From assembly GCF_001194135.2 (NCBI RefSeq), contig NC_068992.1, positions 13,768,984-13,832,983 on the forward strand: a stretch of DNA of 64,000 nucleotides. Reading direction: 5' to 3'. Position numbers and translations under genes: made by a program. Source of the DNA: Octopus bimaculoides. Taxonomy: Eukaryota. Positions 1 through 12,237 of this stretch are shown here, in pieces; the first letter of the stretch is position 1; each line of letters opens with the position of its first letter. Under the pieces are notes generated by a model that saw nothing but the letters and a program-made list of their open reading frames with translations, was not told the DNA's origin and did not search any database.

Positions 1-246
1 TATCTTTTGTCTGTAATATAATTTATTAGAAGGCAACAATAAATATTGTTCTCCTTGTATAAGGTTTGTGTTAGATTAAAGATCTAAATTGGAAACGGTT
101 TAACAAAAAAATATTTCAGGGGAAAAAGAAAATATTAATGGCAAAAATTTAAAACAAAGACTAAAAATAAAGTTCTTCAAAAATACAATTTATTTTTGAC
201 ACATGAATGTGAGTATATACATACTTACATAGCAATGCACTAGTAA

Positions 247-302
<56 letters not shown>

Positions 303-1274
303 NNNNNNNNNNNNNNNNNNNNNNNNNNNNNNNNNNNNNNNNNNNNNNNNNNNNNNNNNNNNNNNNNNNNNNNNNNNNNNNNNNNNNNNNNNNNNNNNNN
401 NNNNNNNNNNNNNNNNNNNNNNNNNNNNNNNNNNNNNNNNNNNNNNNNNNNNNNNNNNNNNNNNNNNNNNNNNNNNNNNNNNNNNNNNNNNNNNNNNNNN
501 NNNNNNNNNNNNNNNNNNNNNNNNNNNNNNNNNNNNNNNNNNNNNNNNNNNNNNNNNNNNNNNNNNNNNNNNNNNNNNNNNNNNNNNNNNNNNNNNNNNN
601 NNNNNNNNNNNNNNNNNNNNNNNNNNNNNNNNNNNNNNNNNNNNNNNNNNNNNNNNNNNNNNNNNNNNNNNNNNNNNNNNNNNNNNNNNNNNNNNNNNNN
701 NNNNNNNNNNNNNNNNNNNNNNNNNNNNNNNNNNNNNNNNNNNNNNNNNNNNNNNNNNNNNNNNNNNNNNNNNNNNNNNNNNNNNNNNNNNNNNNNNNNN
801 NNNNNNNNNNNNNNNNNNNNNNNNNNNNNNNNNNNNNNNNNNNNNNNNNNNNNNNNNNNNNNNNNNNNNNNNNNNNNNNNNNNNNNNNNNNNNNNNNNNN
901 NNNNNNNNNNNNNNNNNNNNNNNNNNNNNNNNNNNNNNNNNNNNNNNNNNNNNNNNNNNNNNNNNNNNNNNNNNNNNNNNNNNNNNNNNNNNNNNNNNNN
1001 NNNNNNNNNNNNNNNNNNNNNNNNNNNNNNNNNNNNNNNNNNNNNNNNNNNNNNNNNNNNNNNNNNNNNNNNNNNNNNNNNNNNNNNNNNNNNNNNNNNN
1101 NNNNNNNNNNNNNNNNNNNNNNNNNNNNNNNNNNNNNNNNNNNNNNNNNNNNNNNNNNNNNNNNNNNNNNNNNNNNNNNNNNNNNNNNNNNNNNNNNNNN
1201 NNNNNNNNNNNNNNNNNNNNNNNNNNNNNNNNNNNNNNNNNNNNNNNNNNNNNNNNNNNNNNNNNNNNNNNNNN

Positions 1275-1325
<51 letters not shown>

Positions 1326-1782
1326 TACACACATATATATATATATATGAATATATATAAACACACATACAGTAATTTTTTTTTTCTAAAAATCAAGGAA
1401 GCTACAAGTCCAAAGAGAACTTTATGCCAGTTAAATATAACTGGAGAACAATTCTTTTTTTTTTTTCTACACGATTTATGATTTACCAAAGAAATACCGC
1501 TTTGTTTAATGCATAGATATCTGAAGTGCTTATGTAGGCATGCATGCATATATGTATATAAAAGCACCTGCATCTACACACATATACAAGCAAGCACACG
1601 TACCAACATATATATATATATATAAATAGTTAGATGTAATGAAAATACGTATTTATGACAGGAGCAAAAGTAGCAAGATGCCACGCAGAATTATTTCTCT
1701 ATAGATATATTGAATTTTTCCCTGAAGGTCACGCGTTCTTATTTACGTGTGCATTTATATATATATATATATGTGTGTGTGC

Positions 1783-1825
<43 letters not shown>

Positions 1826-1831
<6 letters not shown>

Positions 1832-2059
1832 CTTTACTACCCACAAGGGACTACACACAGAGGGGACAAACAAAGACAGACAAACGGATTAAGTCGATTA
1901 TATCGACCCCAGTGCGTAACTGGTACTTATTTAATCGACCCCGAAAGGATGAAAGGCAAAGTCGACCTCGGCGAAATTTGAACTCAGAACGTAGCGGCAG
2001 ACGAAATACCGCTAAGCATTTCGTCCGGCGTGCTAACGTTTCTGCCAGCTCACTCGCCT
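1826..2059 (-). mobile_element. tRNA-derived SINE, family A (A1 tail), near full length
   Basis: Reverse strand: head GGCGAGTGAGCTGGCAGAAACGTTAGC (A-box-like), B-box GAGTTCAAATT, body GTCGACTTTGCCTTTCATCCTTTCGGGGTCGAT, tail ...GTGGGTAGTAAAGAAATAA running into (CA)n. Matches many other copies in the window. Confidence 0.92.
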
Positions 2060-2071
2060 TTGCGTGTGTGT

Positions 2072-2125
<54 letters not shown>

Positions 2126-2528
2126 GTATAAATATATATTAACAGAGGATGTGCAGATAAGTTATAGTTCAGTTTACTCCATTATCACTGCAAGTTTACA
2201 TATGAGACGCATGTCTTCCAAGTTTGTGGCTAAACTGCTTTCAGCTGACCAAAAAGATACTCGGGTTTAAGTTGCGCAAAGTCGCCAAGCTTTTGGCATA
2301 ATTTGATGCAGATTCTCTTCTCAACTTTCTCTGTCATGGACAATGCGACGAACACACGCTACACACCTTACTTCCAAGCACTGCTGTAAACATCGGAAGT
2401 GAGCTAGAACGTGAAAACTTAGTGCGCATACATAACAGAGTTCAAGGTCAACCTGTTCCAAGCGGCTTCCCTCTGTGTGTTTTAGCTTCGTTACTATAGC
2501 AACAGTCCGGATACTTGTTGATCAGTCC

Positions 2529-2575
<47 letters not shown>

Positions 2576-2699
2576 CATGTATGAATGTATGTATATACGC
2601 TGCCGAAGGGTAAATACCAAGAAACTCGAGTCCGTTCTTATTGCGTCAGATCAACGATGGGAAGGATGACTTCCCTTTGCAAATTACTAACAAAGTGGA

Positions 2700-3770
2700 G
2701 TAACGTAGAATTCAGAGTTTGGTACACTAGTTAATATAATTAAGAGAACATCGTAATTATGCTAAATAATTTAAATAAAGTACGGACCTAGAAGCGAGGG
2801 AAGACCACAAACCCCAATTCCTATTAAACAGCTCCTGTCACTCCATGTTTACATGTAGTTACTGACAATTTCTTAAAGAACCTCGCCTTTACAGATTCCA
2901 ATCTCCACTCGCATGTCTTTTTGTTTATTTTTCTCTGTTAACGCGTCTTTCTTTTACATTCTCCATTGCGGCAGCTACAAGGTGTTTCATGGCTGCAAAG
3001 TGAGCATCTTAATTACAGTCGTATCATGTTTGATTCCACAGCATCTCTTTGTCGAACTGAATAAACGTTGTAGAGTACGTCATTATATTCCAGACGTAAT
3101 TGTGTCTATGGCATTTATTTTAGGTTTTCATATCGAAGTATTTGTATATTTCTCCATATATACAGCTTACTACCTGATCATATCAGTAAATATTTTATGT
3201 TAGAAGAGGACTTGGCAGCCGGAAATTATGTAATCGATTGTTTTGGTTTGTTTTTTTTTGTTTTTTTTTCTTTTATTGCGTAAACTATAATCGGCATTAG
3301 CTTCCTCTTCTGTTATTTTATTCTAGTAGTTTCTTTGTAGCTAGGCATTGATCTTCAGCAAATAAAACGAGACCTTCCGTTTCTGCCTTTACTCTAGCGC
3401 GTTTGAGCCATTTTTGGCTTTTATATCGACTCACTACTTTTCGGTTCCGTTATGTTGGATACTGACAATAGATAGGTATTTATCTCCATTTGATCTATAG
3501 TATTTATTTTTAGTCTCGTACTGATTTTATCTTCTATGTTTGTTACATTCTTTCTTCTGTGTAATTGATGTCTGGTTTATATAATACTCTTTTATTCCAT
3601 ACATAGATTCCTGGGGTTTTTTTGTGCTTTTTGCTTCATATCGCTTTATTATACAAACCTGTCTATATCTGCTTCCATCACCTGTTTGGTCCTGGACACA
3701 AACTTACTTTAGAATACTTCACATTTTGAATAAAACATAACGCCCAGTAGGATTGGCAGGTATAGTTTAT
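2700..3770 (-). mobile_element. Old R4/Dong-like (RLE-type) non-LTR retrotransposon relic, 3' half
   Basis: Manual reverse translation gives QKWLKRARVKAETEGLVLFAEDQCLATK (about 3330-3415) and TIDYIISGCQVL (about 3205-3240, CCHC knuckle remnant). Downstream, EKNKQKDMRVEIG resembles the RLE EK..KY.DL..EI motif. Many stops and frameshifts; boundaries approximate. Confidence 0.62.
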
Positions 3771-4499
3771 ATTTCTATATATAACATATTCAGACGGTAT
3801 AATCGGAATGGTGTGGTTATTTTTGAAGAGTATGTATATAATCTGTTCCATACGCTTAATTTCTAATTTATTACATTGAAGAATAACATTATCGCTAGGA
3901 TGATTTTTCTGTATTTCATCTATATCTTCATTTCAGGCATTGAATACAAATTTTAATATTCATCTATTATTAATGCACCATTCTAATTTTTGTCAGCATT
4001 CCCGTTTGTTTTATCTGATCTCTTATATCGACATCATCCTATTTTAGTCTAAATGTTTTGTTTCAGTATTTAACGTGTTCTCAATTATCTTCTTAATTTC
4101 ACTCTCTCTCTCTCTTTGTGTGACCTGTCTAGCCATTCAATTTTATATCCCTGCTTTGTACTTATAGTATATCAAAAGATCAAAACAGCTCTGAAACTGT
4201 TCTACAAACAAGAGAGGGTAAAATTCCCTCGTCATTCGAAGAATTGTTTTTTACTTTATAAATCTACGCTTATCAACACATAGGGGTGCAGCATGCATAC
4301 GCGTGCCCTCTGCCAAAGTAACTTGCACAAGTCTCCAGCGTGTTACCAATCAAACAGCCCCAGCCTCATTCATACCTAGCAGAGGTGAACGGATTTATGA
4401 TAAGAGTATCGTTTGAAGCAATATCTGTGGTTATGACTGTTCTGGCCTATTGATTACAATTTCTTATAGTGTTCAATTCATTTTTATTTTATCTTAATC

Positions 4500-4616
4500 T
4501 GAAAAATGAGCGTCCAAGTCGACCTCGGTGAAATTTGAACTCAGAACGTAAATATGGAAGAATTGCTGCTAAGCAATTCGTACGGCTTTCTAACAAGTTC
4601 TGCCTGCTCTTCGCCT
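4500..4616 (-). mobile_element. SINE family A, 5' fragment
   Basis: GTCGACCTCGGTGAAATTTGAACTCAGAACGT...CTGCCTGCTCTTCGCC is the reverse complement of the family A head. Confidence 0.8.
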
Positions 4617-4779
4617 TTATATTTACTTCTCAAAATGCAAGAAGTCTGTAGCTCTTACTTTTTACCAATCGAACTTGTTCGAAACTAATCGAATCTGCTT
4701 ACATTTTGATTCAAACACGTGATCTCTATCTTCTTCAGCTTAGTTTACCATGGTTCTTCGCATTCTTCACAATTACATC

Positions 4780-4910
4780 TACCATTTTAATACCATTTAC
4801 ATCTGACGTGTGGTTTGCAAGAACGTCTTTCCGCTCCCTCCTTCCAACATGACACCTGACCCATTCTTATGTTAGTTGTGTGTTTTCCATCTTGCGATAT
4901 TTATGGTTTA
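4780..4910 (-). mobile_element. Possible RNase H fragment of a retroelement
   Basis: Reverse translation MENTQLT*EWVRCHVGRRERKDVLAN resembles the retroelement RNase H motif (W-x-x-x-H-x-G..GNE.AD.LA). One motif only. Confidence 0.3.
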
Positions 4911-5123
4911 CCTTCCGAAAACAAGACTGAAGCGAGTGTTTCTGTGGAGCTGTCTGTTCGTTTTAATCTATTTTAATGCATTCTGTTATGCAGAACTGTC
5001 CATAATATCTGTAGTATTCGTGACCATTTTATAAGAATCGTATATATATTGGTTTTCCCATACTTATCAGCTTCAAGCTTGATACATTCCTAAATTAAAC
5101 GTCATTCATTATTTGATCGAAAC

Positions 5124-5340
5124 TAAGATGCTTGCAAAATCGTCAGCACCCCGGCCAAAATATTTAGCGGTATTTCGTCTGTCTTTATGTTCTGAGTTCA
5201 AATTCCGCCGAGGTCTACTTTCGTTTTCATCCTTTTGGGATTGATAAATTATGTACCAGTTGCGTATTGGGGTTGATCTAATCAACTGGTCCCCTCACCA
5301 AAAATTTCGAGCCTTGTGCCCAGAGTAGAAAAAGATTATT
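5124..5340 (+). mobile_element. SINE family A (A2 tail), diverged
   Basis: TTAGCGGTATTTCGTCTGTC..GTTCTGAGTTCAAATTCCGCCGAGGTC..TTTCATCCTTTTGGG..AAAATTTCGAGCCTTGTGCCCAGAGTAGAAAAAG. Confidence 0.85.
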
Positions 5341-5350
5341 TGTTTGAAAC

Positions 5351-5574
5351 TAAGGTGCCGAGCTGACAGAATCGATAGCACGCCGGGCGAAATTCTCAGC
5401 GGTATTTCGTCTATTGATTACGTTCTGAGTTCAAATTGCGCCTAGGTCGACTTTGCCTTTCATCCTTGCAGGATCGATAAATATAGTACCAATTTCGTTC
5501 TGGGGGTCGATGTGATCGATTGTATCCCTCCATACAAAAATCCAGGTGTTGCGCATATAACAGAAAGAATTATT
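5351..5574 (+). mobile_element. SINE family A, diverged, tandem to previous copy
   Basis: GCCGAGCTGACAGAATCGATAGCACGCCGGGCGAAAT..GAGTTCAAATT..GGTCGACTTTGCCTTTCATCC. Confidence 0.85.
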
Positions 5575-6294
5575 TGTTTGAAACGGTTTAAGGTAAAATC
5601 TAACTTAATGAATTAATTCGCTACAGAGTTCAGTTGATCGTCATAAGTTAATATCTGATTAATCATAAAATACCTACGTAAGGAGAAAACTGTTGTAAAC
5701 AACACCTGGGTTTAAATATAGTGACAGCCTACTGAGATTGCAATTGTATTTCCTAAATACTGATAAATTATTCTTTAATAAATTGTATTGTGTGATCGCA
5801 TTTACAATAATTAATATATAAAAATGTGTTCCTATTAATTGATTTGCTGCAGTCATGTCTCTAGAGAGACGCCAACGTTCATTGCTGTATATCGCTTTCT
5901 TCTTCAATAACTATATATGACAGTGATCACATATATATGTATATACTGTATTATATTACGTCACACACAAATACACATACACATATGCACAGATGCACAC
6001 ACACACACGCTTACACACATACACACATTTATTTGCGGAGGGAAGTATGTATATTCACTACTACAACTATAACAGTTAAGGTTGCTACTAATGCAAATGT
6101 TTACTATAACAACAGTAATAATAATAATGGAACGAATTATGACGACGACGACGATGATGATGATGATGATGGTCACGGTATTCTTTATCATCATCAACAA
6201 CATGATAACTATAAATCACGTGGTCACAACATAAATATAGATATGAGGATACACACATGTACACACAATCCCACACACACACAAACATACAAAT

Positions 6295-6351
<57 letters not shown>

Positions 6352-6445
6352 TATACACACATATATATAAATAAATACACAAAACACACACACACACATA
6401 CACACATATATATATATACACACAAGTACATGTATACACATGGTG

Positions 6446-6503
6446 GAGAAGGAGGAGGACGAGGAGGAAGTGGAAGTAGGGGAGGAGGAGGAGGAGGAGG
6501 AGG
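6446..6503 (+). repeat. (GGA)n-rich microsatellite abutting assembly gap 6504-7113
   Basis: Direct reading. Confidence 0.95.
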
Positions 6504-7113
6504 NNNNNNNNNNNNNNNNNNNNNNNNNNNNNNNNNNNNNNNNNNNNNNNNNNNNNNNNNNNNNNNNNNNNNNNNNNNNNNNNNNNNNNNNNNNNNNNNN
6601 NNNNNNNNNNNNNNNNNNNNNNNNNNNNNNNNNNNNNNNNNNNNNNNNNNNNNNNNNNNNNNNNNNNNNNNNNNNNNNNNNNNNNNNNNNNNNNNNNNNN
6701 NNNNNNNNNNNNNNNNNNNNNNNNNNNNNNNNNNNNNNNNNNNNNNNNNNNNNNNNNNNNNNNNNNNNNNNNNNNNNNNNNNNNNNNNNNNNNNNNNNNN
6801 NNNNNNNNNNNNNNNNNNNNNNNNNNNNNNNNNNNNNNNNNNNNNNNNNNNNNNNNNNNNNNNNNNNNNNNNNNNNNNNNNNNNNNNNNNNNNNNNNNNN
6901 NNNNNNNNNNNNNNNNNNNNNNNNNNNNNNNNNNNNNNNNNNNNNNNNNNNNNNNNNNNNNNNNNNNNNNNNNNNNNNNNNNNNNNNNNNNNNNNNNNNN
7001 NNNNNNNNNNNNNNNNNNNNNNNNNNNNNNNNNNNNNNNNNNNNNNNNNNNNNNNNNNNNNNNNNNNNNNNNNNNNNNNNNNNNNNNNNNNNNNNNNNNN
7101 NNNNNNNNNNNNN

Positions 7114-7170
<57 letters not shown>

Positions 7171-8181
7171 GTGTATCTGTTTGTGTGCATTTCTGCGCGC
7201 ATGCGCATGTGCATATATTTTATGCATAGGTGCCTATGCATGTATGCATACACACACACACACACACACACATACATATACTTTTTGATATAGGCCTACC
7301 TTTGTGTTTCGTTTTGTATGTGTTTCCATCTGTTATTCAAATCCATATTTATGTGAATAAATGTATATGCTATTAAGAATAGAAAAAATGTTATACTTAA
7401 GAATTTTGTATTAAATTAGATAAAGAAAACTATTCGCATATTTTCTTTAGTCCATTAAATAGCTATATTAGGAAATGCACTTGCTTAACTTGTGGATACC
7501 GCCTAATTGAACTCATACTGTCTGTTACAGGTGCATTTCTCTTGAGGTATCTTACGAATATTTCTCAACCTTGTATACAATAGATTATTGATGGTATCAT
7601 AAAATATATTATTTTTTCTCCATTACCTTGTAGAGTTTTATTGCCAATATTTAATAACATAGTCATAAGTAACTACTTTCTTAGTTGTATTACATACTTG
7701 ACATTTTGATTTATATATAGGCTTGCATCTTTGTGTGTATGTGTACACATAAAGTTACACTTACGTATATGTGTGTAAGGGGGTGTGCATATATATTTTT
7801 ATACGTACCAATATAAAGACAAAGTTTAGAAAGACACCATCGAAGGCTGTCAAGTCATATTTCTTTCATGTTTGATTATCGATTGAACAAACTGGAGCAT
7901 CATATCGATTCTGAATGCCTTTAACTATCGCAAAAGCAAATATAAGCCCTCTTTTCATTGCATACATTTAATATTCTACATTGCTCATGTTGCTCATATA
8001 TTCTATGATAATCGAAAGCTGTTTTTTCAGCAACTGAATATCCAATCTCTGATTCCATTTCAATGGTTCATAGCACAATTTCAAGACAGAGGTGCTGGAA
8101 TCGAAAACAAATATTCGGAAAATTCATCTAGCCATATTCTAGGATATTATCCAACGCCACTACTTTAAGTATACATAGAAG

Positions 8182-8215
<34 letters not shown>

Positions 8216-8439
8216 GCATATATACATGCGTGTATGTGTGGATGTGTGGATGAGTGTATGTATGTATATGTATATATATATATACATATATATGTATGCA
8301 TGTTTGTATATACATCCACATATAAGCATAAGAATATGTGTGTGTATTTGCGTATTTGTATGTATATATACATGATGGTTGCCATCTTGTAAGCGAGTGT
8401 TGCCATCAATGTCAAAGAGATGCCTGTGCAAAATTTTAT

Positions 8440-8760
8440 ATATCTGATAAAGCTTCCAAAAACATAGACAGTTTCCACCCGATTGTCATGATCCAGACAC
8501 AAGCCGATACACGTTATCTAATGTCAGTATAATCCTAGATTTCACAAACTGGGTAGGGGTGGCAATGATGATAAGCGCAAATAAAGATACCCCAAATCAT
8601 GTAGCGGAAAATAATGCGGAAAAGGAAACGAGAAACGCAAAACCCGAAATCAGCGAAGATCTTGGGAAATTATGTGAAATCGTCAAAACATTTTCTGAAG
8701 AAAAGATAACCAAGAACAACAAAACGACGAACCACATAGTGTTTATACAATGAATACAGG
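8440..8760 (+). mobile_element. Probable upstream RT part of the Penelope-like element at 9180-10380, separated from it by the SINE dimer
   Basis: Degenerate motifs CQYNPRFHKLGR (cf. CRLINP.KS.LGK) and NHIVFIQ (cf. H.FIQFD) lie in the order expected before the FDVTMGSYDG motif found just after the SINEs. Confidence 0.4.
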
Positions 8761-8766
8761 ATACCA

Positions 8767-9178
8767 GGCGGCGAGCTGGTATAAACGTTAGTATGCCGGA
8801 CGAAATGCTTAGCGGTATTTCGTCTGCCGTTACATTCTATGTTCAAATTCTGTATTCATCCTTTTGGGGTCGATATAAATTAAGTACCAGTTACGCACTG
8901 CGGTCGATGTAATCGACTTAATCCCTTTGTCTGTCCTTGTTTGTCCCCTCTACTGTAGGCAATAAAGAAATAAGAAACGTAAGCGCGCCGGGTGAAATGC
9001 TGAGCGGTATTTTGACTGTCTTTACGTTCTGAGATCAAATTCCGCCGAGGTCGACATTGCCTTTCATCCTTTCGGGGTTCATACATTAAGTACAATTTGC
9101 GTACTGGACAGGATTTAATCAGATGGCTCCCTTCCCCAAAAATTTCGGGACTTGAGCCTAGAGTGGAAACGAATAAAT
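8767..9178 (+). mobile_element. SINE family A head-to-tail dimer (A1 8767-8974 + headless A2 8975-9178)
   Basis: First copy starts GGCGGCGAGCTGG; junction AATAAAGAAATAAG|AAACGTAAGC at 8974/8975; second copy ends with tail CCCCAAAAATTTCGGGACTTGAGCCTAGAGTGG. Confidence 0.92.
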
Positions 9179-9179
9179 A

Positions 9180-10380
9180 CAGCACATCTAATTTAAAACC
9201 TCATGGTATCAAAATGAACTATTCGATGCCTCGGTGGGTTCATAGGACAGTGAAGATATATGCGATTTATTTGATTTAAATAACACCATCGTAATTCAAA
9301 ATTTCCCAGCCACTACATCGGTATATCCCACAACGATATTTTAGTGGTATCACATTATTGTAATGGCGACGCTATGGATTCCTTTAGAAAGCAATTAATT
9401 TTTGATCGATTCTTTACGACTTGAAACATCTATCGATACCCACCTAACTAGAGTAAGCTTTTTAGATGTTTCTCCAGATATGAAAACTAATTGACTTAAG
9501 TCCTTCCGCAATACTAACGGAAACCTTGAATATATTAATAAACGCTCCTGCCACGCACCTATTTTATTTTTTAAATTAGCTCCAAATATTAGTCGTAGGA
9601 TTACATGTCTTTCTTCTCAACAAATATTCAAAAATGCTTCCCCATATTATATAACAAGACCCTACGGGGTAGTTGCTTTACAGATAAAATGTTCCACTGC
9701 ACCTACCTCCTCTATCATCTTGTCAAAAGAATAGGTCTCACCTTTCACCCTTAATGTTAGAACAAATGTAGAGAAAGATTCTTGCTCTTAGTAGATACCC
9801 ACCTCTATAGAACCCATTGGTACGATAGAAATCTTTAACAGGCATACGATAAAAGTTAACTTTTCTTGTCCTCTTAATGTTATGCCGTAAATCAAGAAGG
9901 AACGGCGGACTCAAGCCTAACTTGGATTCACATATAGAGAAACATCTAAATGTTCTCAACGAAAGGAGTGCGATATATCGTCCGTTGTTTATGAGGCACA
10001 GGTTTCCGCTAACTTCTATAATGATCGTACAGATGTCAAAAGTTATATTGCAGCTGTGGAAGCAAAATTTAAATCTAGATATAGCAACTGTCTTTCAAAT
10101 TTTAGGTATTGTGTTAAAAGACATTCAACGACCTTTTCGGCTTTAATCTGAAAAGTTGAAGTTGAAGGGATTAGTTTCAACATCAAATGGAAAATTGTCT
10201 CCAAATGCAGACCCTATAATAACTGGTCTAAAAATGTTCAATGCCTTGTGTTCTCTTGAAAAATGTATCTATTAAAATGCTTCAGAACCTCAAAAGAATA
10301 CAAAAATTACAGGGACGAGATTTTTTCTCTAACTCAGCATTTCAAGAAATACGTCTTGTCGGTATTTCAAAGTAGACCAC
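9180..10380 (+). mobile_element. Penelope-like retroelement relic (RT + C-terminal GIY-YIG endonuclease), possibly Nematis-like
   Basis: Manual translation: ELFDASVGS*DSEDICDL (cf. FDVTMGSYDGAEICEL); IGISHNDILV (cf. GLYRDDGL); SFLDVSPDM..YINKRSCHAP..PNISRRITCLSS; ECDISSVVYEAQV..SYIAAVEAKFKSRYSN (GIY-YIG); GISFNIKWKIVSKCRPYNNWSK. Stops and frameshifts throughout. Clade label is tentative. Confidence 0.88.
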
Positions 10381-11959
10381 CAGACACTTAGTAAACAATT
10401 AACATATTGTTTACGTCTGCTTCACATCGAGTTATAGCAACATTGGTTATCTCCCTTGTGATTTTCTTCGTGTTTTCTGCTTTACAAGCGTCTCATATTT
10501 AAACGTTATCTGCCCAAAGGACAACTGACAAAATATCGTAGTAAGTAATTGTTTCGAACACGAAAAACTGGGTAAATATATTTACAAAATGTGTGGGTTT
10601 TGTTTTAAGTTAAGATTATATTTGCGTGTGTGTGTGTATGTGTGTCTGTATTTGTGAGAGAGAGAGTCCCGATAAGCATATATATATATATATATATATA
10701 TGCATGGGTGTATACATATCTGCATATATACTCTACTCTATGTAATGGCTGTATTCCTTATCTTTTGGAAGAGTTCTTCATCGGCCACGAATGTTTGAGG
10801 ATTTGCTGAAGTTTTGTTGCATCCAAAGTAAAGTGATATGTTCTCAAGCTGTTAATTATAGAAAACTCCACAGATATTCAAATGCTTCGCATCAACAGCC
10901 AGCAGGCTTTATACACAGCCACAATATTTGAGTAAAATTAAGGAAATCGCTAGGATGTCAACATTTAGTTAAAAGTTTAAAATTGGAAGTGAAGCATTTT
11001 TAATTGTTGAAATTATCCAGTGTGATTTTTCGTTTCCGTATTAGCGAGATAAAAGACAATGAAATTTTCAAAGACGCACAGGAAGACGATAGAAGTAGAG
11101 GACATATATATTACATATAAGAAAAAGATGTTTGATCTACAATCAATATAGAAAGGTAACATAATAAAAAGCAACAAAAACTAGGTATTTCCAGCACTTT
11201 TCTTCGTTTAACTCAAACTGAAAGAAATATGTTTACTTATCTTTTACATTTGCATATCAATATCTTTCGATTTTTTAGCATGAATGTNNNNNNNNNNNNN
11301 NNNNNNNNNNNNNNNNNNNNNNNNNNNNNNNNNNNNNNNNNNNNNNTATATATATATATATATATCATCATCATCATCATTATCATCATCATCCAGTGTA
11401 TGCATAAAACAATATATACAATCAGTGCATTAAGAAGCACCATCTTTGCTAAAAGTAGGACTCATAAAAAACTACGAAGTAATCATATATATACTTATAA
11501 GGTAAATATATTTAAAAAATGGTTGCATCTGTGGCCTAGCGCACAAAAATGACCGTATAGGTAACATACATTTTTTACGTATATATTGCAAACACTGATG
11601 TCTTGGGTATGGCATTCTGTCGGTGACTTTGGCAGAACATATATTAGCATATAAGTGTTCTTTACCCTTATGTGCAAGTGTCCGGTAGTGCTCTCGATTT
11701 AGGATTCACTATATTTGCTACATCTAGTTTCATACACCTCGTAAAAACGAAGGTATATATTTTTTCTGTTTAATCGAGTAGTAGGGTAATATAGATTAGT
11801 GTAGGAAAGAATATATATACAGCATCTTTTGGGTTTTAGTTAAATTCCCTTTGAATTTAAAGTCATAAGCATTTTTGTTAGGACACTCTGCGAGAAGGCC
11901 ATTACAATATAGAATATACTCAAAGATATGCAATAAAATTTGAAGATGAGCACTCTGAT

Positions 11960-12130
11960 AACAGCGGTTTCTCATCTGTGCTTGATTTTGAACTCAAAAT
12001 TATAGGTAACGGATCCATCTCCTGTAACTTTTGAAGAAGATCGGTGTGCAAGTGCCTCTTTGTGCATTATAATACATTCACATCCATCAAAGTCAAGATA
12101 GACTTTGTTAGAAATAAGTTCCACATAAGA
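11960..12130 (-). mobile_element. Possible mariner transposase fragment
   Basis: SKVTGDGSVTYNFEFKIKHR resembles the first catalytic-Asp motif (VTGDESWVY.YDPETK.Q). No TIR or other motifs found. Confidence 0.25.
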
Positions 12131-12237
12131 ATTAGTAAATAGAGCGAAACAGTAAACAAAAACACCAACACCATACATTACGAAAAAAATGTCTTACTTG
12201 TGAAGAACTATGCAAAATTTTTCCCCAAATGCCAGGA

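Noticed and set aside
161-1573. Long ORFs spanning N-runs (also at 6.1-7.3, 20.4-21.0, 35.4-36.0, 39.7-40.4, 41.3-42.1, 42.5-43.4 and 62.4-63.0 kb)
   Set aside because: Their length comes from untranslatable N gaps plus (TA)n/(TG)n repeats giving YI/CV/HT runs; they are artefacts.
6440-6503. Acidic peptide MVEKEEDEEEVEVGEEEEEEE
   Set aside because: Translation of a (GGA)n microsatellite next to a gap.
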